This document shows positions 55,301-62,095 of a stretch of DNA of 62,095 nucleotides, in pieces. The translations under genes were made by a program, and so were the position numbers. Under the pieces are notes generated by a model. That model was not told the DNA's origin, did no database searches, and was given only the letters and a program-made list of their open reading frames with translations. Origin of the DNA: a virus (Duplodnaviria; Caudoviricetes); the IMG/VR virus record IMGVR_UViG_3300005747_000076, positions 1 through 62,095 of that record; one strand, given 5' to 3'. Each line of letters opens with the position of its first letter. Positions within the stretch are counted from its first letter, which is position 1.

Positions 55301-56911
55301 ATTAGAAAGTTGACTATCCAATGCATTGATTTCACCGCGGACCGAAGTTGCGCCTGAAATATAATTACCACCTGCATTAGCAGTAAATGATCCATCAGTA
55401 TTTAATCCTACAGAAGCTTCAATTAGGTCAACTTCGCCTGTGCTTGGTGTAGAAGCTATATGTGAAGCCAAATCTGCCTCAACTACATCCAACTCGGATT
55501 GTAATGTAGAAATATTACTTGTGTTAGTAGCTATGCTTGCTGTATGTGAAGAAATAGTAATTTCAGCTGCATCCAAATCGGTTTGAAGTGTATCAATTTC
55601 ACCTTCTGCTGCTGTTAGTCTTGTATCTATTCCACCAATACTAGCAAGATTTGTTGCAATACCTGATGTATTTGTAGAAACACTTGATTGGAGTGTCGCA
55701 ATATCACTATCATTTGCAGAAATTCCATCAGCATTAGATTTAACTTGAGTATCTAGTTTTGTTATTTCATTTCTAACTGATGTAGAACTACCAAGATAAT
55801 TTGTGCCAGTAGGAGCAGAATATGTTCCATCAACATTAAGTCCAACACTTGCTTCAATAGCATTTACTTCTGCAACGTTTGCATTGTGTTCTACTTCATG
55901 TGCGTCAATAGCATTATTAATAGAAATAATATCTGCAGCATTTGTAGCGGCGCTAGCTTCTACTGCATCCATTTCAGTTTGTAATGTAGAAATATCACCT
56001 TCAGCTGCAGTTAAATCTGCTGCCAATGCATAAGAAGATAATGAGGTTTGATCTGCTTTTAAGGAAATTGCGTCCTCATTAGTTTTTATTTGCGCATCGA
56101 GTAATGTAATCTCACCATAAACAGATGACTCACCATCTATATAGTTTGATCCACTTCTTACTTGATAATTCCCATTTGCATCCAATCCAACAGAAGATTG
56201 AGTTGCATCTAATTCATTCTGTAAATCTGTAATTGCTTGTGAACTACCTAAACTTGCAATTGCTGTTGTGTTAAGTGCTACTTGAGCATCAACACCTTCA
56301 ACAGCAGCTTTAATAGAAGCAGTGAGTCCAAAGTTGTTATTATTAGTATAAGCAGGAAGTGTTCCATCACTGTTTAAACCAACTGAGGTTTCAATAGCGT
56401 CAACTTCATCCTGTAAGTCTTGGATATTCCCGGCACCCATTGAGTTAATAGCATCTGCATTTGCTTTGATTTGCGCGTCTAATAAACTATCTGCATTCTT
56501 TAAAGAAGTTGCACCTGAAATATAATTGGATGATCCATCTGCTGTATATGTGCCATCGTTATTTAATCCTGCACCTGCTTGAGTATCATCTAGTTCTGCT
56601 TGTGATGCAGTGTTTGGAGGAACTGATTGACCGCTTTCAAGGTCGCTAATTCTATCTTCAAAATCATCTGTTAATGCTTGAATAGTTGAAAAATAATTTT
56701 CATCATCACCAATTGCTGCCGCAAGTTCATTCAGCGTATCAAGAGCTTGAGGTGCTCCATCAAGTAGCGCGTCTAGTTGGGCTTTTACACCGGCAGGACT
56801 TACTGCTAAATCCTCTCGTGTGCCGGCAGTAGTTTCTTCAACTGTAGCAATACGAACAGGACCTTCCGTAGTTTGGGAAGCGAGTCCTTTTGTTGATATA
56901 AGTGTTGCCAT
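52352..56911 (-). CDS. Long segmented coiled-coil fibre protein
   Basis: N-terminal GAPQALDTLNELAAAIGDD motif; 17 GLxxxGx-loop-NY repeats separated by heptads. Confidence 0.85.
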   Translation of the reverse strand: MATLISTKGLASQTTEGPVRIATVEETTAGTREDLAVSPAGVKAQLDALLDGAPQALDTLNELAAAIGDDENYFSTIQALTDDFEDRISDLESGQSVPPNTASQAELDDTQAGAGLNNDGTYTADGSSNYISGATSLKNADSLLDAQIKANADAINSMGAGNIQDLQDEVDAIETSVGLNSDGTLPAYTNNNNFGLTASIKAAVEGVDAQVALNTTAIASLGSSQAITDLQNELDATQSSVGLDANGNYQVRSGSNYIDGESSVYGEITLLDAQIKTNEDAISLKADQTSLSSYALAADLTAAEGDISTLQTEMDAVEASAATNAADIISINNAIDAHEVEHNANVAEVNAIEASVGLNVDGTYSAPTGTNYLGSSTSVRNEITKLDTQVKSNADGISANDSDIATLQSSVSTNTSGIATNLASIGGIDTRLTAAEGEIDTLQTDLDAAEITISSHTASIATNTSNISTLQSELDVVEADLASHIASTPSTGEVDLIEASVGLNTDGSFTANAGGNYISGATSVRGEINALDSQLSNTQSDLDTAELSISSLQTSVSGKADSSTVTALQAELDASQAAVGLNANGTYSAHSGSNYMDSATTTKEALSLVDAQTKINEDDITNLEATVATLTAGSGATSAEIQALQGEVDTTQAGAGLSNTGAYVAPGVSNYLSSATSLKAADSLLDTQIKSNADNIALKASASDVSSLTTTVNTNTSNIATNTSNISGNASDITSLQGDVSTLQSDVSGLNTSKADAADLTSLEAVVDLHETSIGLSATGAYQGRSGSNYLDAATSIRGEITLLDAQAKSNADAIASNDSDIATLQSDVASLASSATITAMQAEIDGIESGVGLNTDGSYTPLTGNYATASTLKGAVSQLDTQVKNNADAIASNDSDIASLDSRLTSDEAALTSLQSEVDAIETSVGLTINGAYQAPASSNYLASSTSVRNALGLLDSQAKTNADAITTEATNRASAILDVETDIATLQSEVNTTQSGAGLGSDGSYSANTGANYISAATSLKDADNKLDAQIKVNTDGILDNATDIATNASAIATKASSATVSALQSELDVSQASIGLAANGSYTSPADHNYLGQGSLKADLGALDSQVKTNDDDIATNSSAISSLQTLADTHETSIGLSASGAYITRSGSNYMDSATNVIGETTLLDAQIKLNEDAIGTKASSASVSALQTEVDAIETAVGLAADGTFVSFTGQNYLNSASSLKAGMELLDAAVKTRQDNIDTEAASRISADNTLSGKIDTVEASVGLQTDGSLSISGTNFLDSSSSIVGALETLDTNQNLLNQIQLNIKASAGLSTDGTKTAYSSTNYISGSLKAAIEALDAQVKSNADDITGLGGSDIANLQSELDDTQTGVGLATDGSHVARSGTNYLDSATSIVGEISALDTQAKVNADAVALKADQTDMDAAELRLDAIETRGGGIFWDDNSADAVEMDGSLLMFKAHLGPWEINFNDLVTTNVSDLVFYGEKAPVNGDKNFAVIGDGNVEFTGKYAGYPIP

Positions 56912-56937
56912 TTTTTACTTGTCCTTTCTTTCTTTAA

Positions 56938-57306
56938 TTAGTCTTCAATAAAACCAACGTATAATTCAACGTCTGTTGCTGCAACGTTAGTAAAGGTTAA
57001 TTTTAAAGCATCAAATACTGGATCTGCATCTTTTCTTCCAATCAATACAACATCAACACCTGCATCTGCTAATGCACCTTCTTGTGAAATGAAAGGTAGG
57101 AAAAAGTCGCTGTCTGCGCCTGCTGGTCTAAAATCAACCTTAAATTTTCCTGCTGCATCGTATGAATTACAAGCAATTTGTGCTTTTGTGAACTGTTGGC
57201 TTGGATTAAAACCAATGTTTCCTGCATCTAATGTAATTGATAGTTCATTATTACCATCTTTATCAGCTGCTTCTAAAACAAATCTTCTTACTTTAACTTG
57301 TGCCAT
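56938..57306 (-). CDS. Putative virion protein
   Basis: Start at ATG 57306 after GAAAGGA; first gene of the fibre operon. Confidence 0.7.
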   Translation of the reverse strand: MAQVKVRRFVLEAADKDGNNELSITLDAGNIGFNPSQQFTKAQIACNSYDAAGKFKVDFRPAGADSDFFLPFISQEGALADAGVDVVLIGRKDADPVFDALKLTFTNVAATDVELYVGFIED

Positions 57307-57385
57307 TATTATTTTCCTTTCTTTATTATATGAAATAAAATAGCTTGTTATGGGCGGCAATTACTGAAATATGTAATGTGCCTAA

Positions 57386-57637
57386 TTAACTGGGTAATTT
57401 GAGAAATGGATATACGTCTTTAATCTTCTTAGCAAAAAAACTTCCTTTACTTTCTGCCATTAAAAAAGACCTATATACTGAGGGAGGTAATGCAGAATAT
57501 AAATATACACCGCCTCCTGAAAATTTAATAATCATTGTATTAGTATAATTACAATATTTTACTTTATCTATATTGCTACTACAACAATCTTCATCATTGT
57601 CATTAAAAGAATACAATAATGGGCTTATACTTTTCAT
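57386..57637 (-). CDS. KTSC domain protein
   Basis: SSNIDKVKY...IKFSGGGVYLY..LP..VY..FLMAESKGSFF..IK. Confidence 0.92.
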   Translation of the reverse strand: MKSISPLLYSFNDNDEDCCSSNIDKVKYCNYTNTMIIKFSGGGVYLYSALPPSVYRSFLMAESKGSFFAKKIKDVYPFLKLPS

Positions 57638-57767
57638 TTATTTACACTCCATCCTATATTATATATCACATGACATTTAATTTTATTATATTTTTACACA
57701 AATTTTTCTAAAATTTAAACATTAACGACATAATTATACTATATGTATAAGAAAAGGAAACATTTTT

Positions 57768-58031
57768 ATGGATAAAAAAAAATACGCTGCTTCTACTGAA
57801 TATATGAATTTGGTTGATATTGCTAAGATAATGACTGAAAGAGGATATAAAATGAACCACTCAACAACACGCAAATATCTTTTATCAGGATTATCAAAAA
57901 TAGCACATACATTACTAGTATATGAAGGCTATACAGAAGAAGAAGCAGATAACATGGCTTATGATATAGCAAAAAGCCCAGAATTCCATGAATATGTTAA
58001 GGATATGTTAACAGAAATCTATAACAAATAA
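57768..58031 (+). CDS. HTH protein (sigma region 4-like)
   Basis: MNLVDIAKIM...NHSTTRKYLLSGLSKI. Confidence 0.65.
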   Translation: MDKKKYAASTEYMNLVDIAKIMTERGYKMNHSTTRKYLLSGLSKIAHTLLVYEGYTEEEADNMAYDIAKSPEFHEYVKDMLTEIYNK

Positions 58032-58038
58032 TATTAAT

Positions 58039-58058
58039 ATACCATTGATAGGCAGTTA
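58039..58058 (+). repeat. Dispersed 20-bp motif, copy 5 (opposite strand)
   Basis: ATACCATTGATAGGCAGTTA between two plus-strand genes. Confidence 0.95.
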
Positions 58059-58149
58059 ACAGATTATTTTTTTAAAAATAAGTAATTTTTTATACAACTT
58101 TATAAACGTAAATAAAATATAAACACTAAAAACATAAGGAGTTAAATAT

Positions 58150-59319
58150 ATGAATAAACACTGTTTTTACATTTTGGCGAGTAGATATGATTTATTCGAG
58201 TATCAAATAAAAAGTTTTTACTATAAAAATAAGATTGATACAGATTTATTTATTGTTGTTGACGAGAAAGAGGACGTTAAATTACACCATTTTCAGGATA
58301 TTATAAAGAAAAACAATAATCCAAACTTTAAACCTGAAAATGTATTGAGTTTACTTGATATTGATATAAAGGCAGCAGAAATATTAGGTCTAAGCGAGAA
58401 AGGTAAACAATGTTTATTGAAATTCGCAATGTCTGGCATGAATTCACCTGTTATTTATTTTAATGATTTAGGGTATAAAACAGTTGGTGTATTTGAAGAT
58501 GATATGTTGTTTACTGGCCCGTTTGATGAAATGATTAAGTCAGGAAGAGAATTTGCGCACAGCACTTGGTCGGTGGCTACTTATCCAAAAGGCTGGGGTT
58601 CACATAATCATTCACAAGGTAAACAAGATCCTAGAGTTTATGAAGCCATGGGAATTGATAGAAGCAGATGGGATACATTAAAGAATGATTATAAAGATTA
58701 TGTAACTAGAAATCCTCTTATTGCCGGCCCAATATATACTAATGAACTGAAAGGTGTATTTAAAAAATATTTGGAAAATGAGTTTATTCAATCATGTTGG
58801 GAAGGGCATGCATTCTCTGATACAAGTAGAAACGGTATTAAATATATTTTCTTCCACCACAACGACGTCATTTCTCAGTATGCTATGCTTTTAGCTTGGG
58901 AAAAAGATTTTAATGTTCTTGGTCGCTATCCAAAAGCTCAAAAGGTATTAGGTAAACGTGATATTGAAAAACTTGATAAAGAAATTAAAAATTCAATGAA
59001 AGAATATATTATTCACGTTGCTTGTGGGCACATTAAAAAAGAAATGTGTGAAAAAATAATGGTTATACTTGATGATTTAGGATATAACGGTGAATTTACT
59101 AAGAAAGACTGGACGACTCCTCATTTCTATACATGCAGAAAATTTAAAGTAGAAAGCCATCTTTACCTTAAAAAATCTTTACAAAGAGGCCTAGATCCTA
59201 AATGGTATGATATTTATGCAGAAGGTAGTTGGCTTAACCCAAATGCTAGGCATGATGAGTTAATGAGAACCAAAAAAGGCCAAAAGATACTTAAAAGTGA
59301 ATTGAAAGAGGCAAGTTAA
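58150..59319 (+). CDS. Putative GT-A glycosyltransferase-like protein
   Basis: LFIVVD, VGVFEDDMLF (DxD-like), IIHVACGH. Confidence 0.55.
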   Translation: MNKHCFYILASRYDLFEYQIKSFYYKNKIDTDLFIVVDEKEDVKLHHFQDIIKKNNNPNFKPENVLSLLDIDIKAAEILGLSEKGKQCLLKFAMSGMNSPVIYFNDLGYKTVGVFEDDMLFTGPFDEMIKSGREFAHSTWSVATYPKGWGSHNHSQGKQDPRVYEAMGIDRSRWDTLKNDYKDYVTRNPLIAGPIYTNELKGVFKKYLENEFIQSCWEGHAFSDTSRNGIKYIFFHHNDVISQYAMLLAWEKDFNVLGRYPKAQKVLGKRDIEKLDKEIKNSMKEYIIHVACGHIKKEMCEKIMVILDDLGYNGEFTKKDWTTPHFYTCRKFKVESHLYLKKSLQRGLDPKWYDIYAEGSWLNPNARHDELMRTKKGQKILKSELKEAS

Positions 59320-59426
59320 TCAATATTTAACCTAAAAATTACCAGATTTAATTCTGTTAAAAGGTTTTTTGAAACTAATGGTAATATATAGGTTGAATTA
59401 AGAAAATTAACTGGTGATATATCCCT

Positions 59427-59460
59427 GGACAACTTTTTTTGATATGTTGTCCTTTTTTTT
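59427..59460 (+). terminator. Intrinsic terminator
   Basis: GGACAAC/GTTGTCC stem plus T8. Confidence 0.75.
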
Positions 59461-59468
59461 GTCTCGAG

Positions 59469-60398
59469 TTAGATTTTTGGCTTAAATGTGTTTTTTTGGA
59501 TTAAATATTCTGTAATTAATCCGCTTAACTGCTTGAAGGTCAATCTTTTTCTATAAGTTCCGTCTGGCAATGTAGACTTGAATGGAGTTAACCAAAAATC
59601 ATTTGTTTGTGCTCTCCAATTATTAATAAACCTATTTAAATCTTCAATGTCTTCATTACAAATTCTTTCGTCTTTAAATGCAACATAAAATCTGCTAGAA
59701 GTCTTAAGATATTTTTTAAAATTAAAATTATCTAATGTGTTTACTCCTATGTTTTTATATTGTGTATTATCAATTAAACAAACTGAAAGATTGGCGTCTT
59801 TGGTGTTAAATTCTGTTTTATTATCTAGATAATGAGAATTATTATTAACTCTTTTACCATTAAGATATAATTCAGTTTTTTCTACTTTCTCCTTACTAAA
59901 ATAAGCAACGCCTATACTCATCCCAGTATCAGTAAAAACTTCTTTATCTATTTTATCCCACATCCAAAGTCTATCTTTAAAAACTTTTTTATTGTAAAAA
60001 GTTGCAGGAATAATTGCCGCAATATATTCACAGTTCTCTAACATTTTATCTAACGCGTCCAAGTATAGGTCGGAAAACTGAGAATTGAATTTTATATTTT
60101 TACTTCTTGCAGTTCTAATGTCTAGATAAGGTGGATTTGTAATACAAGTTTTAAAACCTTTAGGAAAGTTTTTCAACGTATCTTGTTTAATAATATTATC
60201 ACCTTCAGGCTTAATGTCATATGAACACCAATTAAATTGAGGCAGCATGTTTGGTATATTATTTGATCCCGCAAAAGGTTCAATAATTACTTCGTTTTTA
60301 TCAATCATTTCCTTAAATTTTTCCCATGCTTGCCCTATAAAAGGATTAACAGTTGTATAAAACTTTCCTAACTCAACCTTTTCTTTATTTCTAGTCAT
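59469..60398 (-). CDS. N6-adenine DNA methyltransferase
   Basis: LGKFYT (motif X), IIEPFAGS (I), YDI (II), ITNPPY (IV). Confidence 0.9.
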   Translation of the reverse strand: MTRNKEKVELGKFYTTVNPFIGQAWEKFKEMIDKNEVIIEPFAGSNNIPNMLPQFNWCSYDIKPEGDNIIKQDTLKNFPKGFKTCITNPPYLDIRTARSKNIKFNSQFSDLYLDALDKMLENCEYIAAIIPATFYNKKVFKDRLWMWDKIDKEVFTDTGMSIGVAYFSKEKVEKTELYLNGKRVNNNSHYLDNKTEFNTKDANLSVCLIDNTQYKNIGVNTLDNFNFKKYLKTSSRFYVAFKDERICNEDIEDLNRFINNWRAQTNDFWLTPFKSTLPDGTYRKRLTFKQLSGLITEYLIQKNTFKPKI

Positions 60399-60491
60399 TA
60401 TTAATCTTTCTTTTTTTAAAAAAATTTAAAATTACTTAAACATTTTTAAGCTTATTATATAATTATATATAGAAATAGGAAATAAGAAAAC

Positions 60492-60833
60492 ATGAACGAA
60501 AATATTTTTGATAACAATGATTTAAGTGTTGGCGTGATTTATGAAGAGACTTTAGGAAATAAAAATTTAAAGTTTAAATTAGTAATGAATGATGAAAACA
60601 TTGAAATGGATAATGGATTATTAAGTATATATTGTATGATGAAAAACGAGAATATTCCTGAAAATATACATTGGGACCTAAATGATTTATGGAACGGTGA
60701 TTTTATTGTAAAAGTTTATGATTGTGATAGATTTTGGTTTGAAAGAAGATTTGCAGATTGTGATACTGAAGATTTATTTGAATTTGCCAATACAAAAGAA
60801 GAATGGGAATATCATGATAAACTAGTTAATTAA
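60492..60833 (+). CDS. Hypothetical acidic protein
   Basis: 113 aa with its own promoter-like region and terminator. Confidence 0.75.
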   Translation: MNENIFDNNDLSVGVIYEETLGNKNLKFKLVMNDENIEMDNGLLSIYCMMKNENIPENIHWDLNDLWNGDFIVKVYDCDRFWFERRFADCDTEDLFEFANTKEEWEYHDKLVN

Positions 60834-60865
60834 ATTTCCAGGTCTAATATAAATTAGAATAAAAG

Positions 60866-60889
60866 AAAACCCCTTCATGGGGTTTTTTT
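60866..60889 (+). terminator. Intrinsic terminator, possibly bidirectional
   Basis: AAAACCCC-TTCAT-GGGGTTTTTTT. Confidence 0.85.
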
Positions 60890-60976
60890 ATGTTTGTATG
60901 AATATCCAGATTTAATCCAGATAAATTTTCTTTTAAAAACTATATATTCATATTAACTAATAAATTAAGTTTACTG

Positions 60977-62095
60977 TTAATCAAATAATCCTGTAAATCT
61001 TTGTGTTTTATCATCATCATAATCTAGATCTTCATCTAAATCATTTCTTTGTGCTCCAATCTCGTTTAGGACTGAAGAAACTATATTATCAGTCAATCTT
61101 TCAGTAACTTCATTACCCATATAATCTAGGACTTTATCTCCAACGGCGATACTATATGTATTTCCTACCTTTTTAACTGCGTCTAATGCATGAATTAATG
61201 ATGTGAGAGTATCGTCATGCGGAGCTCTTGGATATCCTACAGCTTCGTCTCCCATTATATCAATTTTCTTTTGGCAATAAGCGTCTCCGTAAGGTAGATT
61301 TAATAATTCATTTTCAAATAAAACTGCAATGTGGTGTATTGAATTTCTTAAAGCGTTTTTAGCACTCATTATAACAGGTTTGACTGGAAGAGAAGTTCTT
61401 TGTAATTGTTGCACATATAAAGCACCAAAACTATTTTTCTCAACCCATATTTCTTTCACATAGTCTTTCCATTTATTATACATACTTACAATAGCATTCA
61501 TTATCTGTTGTTGTGTTATGCCTCGTTCATGGAACATATCTAAGATCCAGATTTTTCCGTTTTTATCTCGTGCTAGTGTATAGCCACATGTATAATCTGT
61601 ATCTTTAGTTTGTGCTTTCTTTTTATCACCTTCAATACTCAAGTCCCAGCCACATACTACGGTGCAGGCTGATAGATTGATTGGTGGCGGATTATTAAAT
61701 GAATAAGTGTTTCTTTTAGCTCTATCAATCCATTCCCTTTTAATAATAGCATCGTCTTCACTCTGCACTTCATTCTGCATTTCTCTAGCAAACAAGTGTG
61801 AGCCCATAGATCTGCGTTCCATTAATAAATATTCTATAGGTCTAAATTCAGGCCATAGAACTTCATAATCACCTTTAACAGCAACTTCTTTTAAAAATTC
61901 ATTTCCTTTACTATCAGTCTCTGTTATATAACTATAGTCATCAGGCCATTTAATAATAGCATTATCTTCTATTACTCTGTATGTTGGGTCAGTTTTCATA
62001 TGAGCATAAACATCATCGTCATGCTTTCTCGTACCAATTACCAACATCACACCTCCTTGGTTTAATATAGGTGTAACAGTAGCAGCAAGCCAATC
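60977..62095 (-). CDS. terL: Terminase large subunit, C-terminal half (coupling motif and RNase H-like nuclease)
   Basis: Frame open to the window end: DWLAATVTPIL..VIGTRKH, LWPE, FAREMQN, GWDLS, DYT, VEKNSF, PHDDTL. Confidence 0.93.
   Translation of the reverse strand, partial: DWLAATVTPILNQGGVMLVIGTRKHDDDVYAHMKTDPTYRVIEDNAIIKWPDDYSYITETDSKGNEFLKEVAVKGDYEVLWPEFRPIEYLLMERRSMGSHLFAREMQNEVQSEDDAIIKREWIDRAKRNTYSFNNPPPINLSACTVVCGWDLSIEGDKKKAQTKDTDYTCGYTLARDKNGKIWILDMFHERGITQQQIMNAIVSMYNKWKDYVKEIWVEKNSFGALYVQQLQRTSLPVKPVIMSAKNALRNSIHHIAVLFENELLNLPYGDAYCQKKIDIMGDEAVGYPRAPHDDTLTSLIHALDAVKKVGNTYSIAVGDKVLDYMGNEVTERLTDNIVSSVLNEIGAQRNDLDEDLDYDDDKTQRFTGLFD

Noticed and set aside
49023-56911. Diversity-generating retroelement or invertible fibre cassette
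   Set aside because: No reverse transcriptase or invertase; the repeats are diverged at DNA level and I saw no adenine-specific TR/VR pair.
17639-57343. Many plus-strand ORFs antisense to structural genes (e.g. 22582, 23146, 31891, 34333, 43277, 46451, 50026) and short alternate-frame minus ORFs
   Set aside because: They are shadows of long biased-codon genes, lack RBSs and have antisense-typical composition.
62093-62095. Frame break in terL at the circular junction as a programmed frameshift or intron
   Set aside because: It falls exactly at the window ends and one missing base restores the protein; most likely an assembly trimming artefact.
1-62095. Alternative genetic code, tRNA genes, integrase/att site
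   Set aside because: Genes are full length in the standard code with TAA, TAG and TGA all used as stops; no cloverleaf or recombinase motif was seen by eye (tRNAscan-SE not run).

Overview
This window appears to be an essentially complete, circularly permuted, AT-rich genome of a lytic contractile-tailed (myovirus-type) phage. The terminase large subunit is cut by the window ends (578->1, then 62095->60977) and rejoins sensibly if one base is restored. About 37 kb on the minus strand (19.7-57.3 kb) is a Twort/SPO1-like virion module: two long repeat fibres, an extended portal, protease, scaffold, capsid, neck, sheath, tube, chaperones with a likely +1 frameshift, tape measure, baseplate and holin. 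The rest holds small accessory genes: RecU-like resolvase, GIY-YIG endonuclease, amidase endolysin, DNA methyltransferases, KTSC, FmdB and Hc1-like proteins, and a glycosyltransferase-like gene. I see no canonical replicative polymerase, helicase, primase, integrase or tRNA. Main leads: (1) a stand-alone 336-aa TV-Pol-like (PolA/T7-RNAP superfamily) polymerase and five exact, transcription-oriented copies of a 20-bp motif; (2) an ORF-free, promoter-to-terminator, multi-stem candidate ncRNA at about 10.3-10.5 kb; (3) a membrane-anchored class III nucleotide cyclase with non-canonical specificity residues, flanked by a Cys-rich protein, a 2-TM protein and a lipoprotein; (4) several cis RNA structures. 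All family calls come from motifs recognised by eye; no searches were run.
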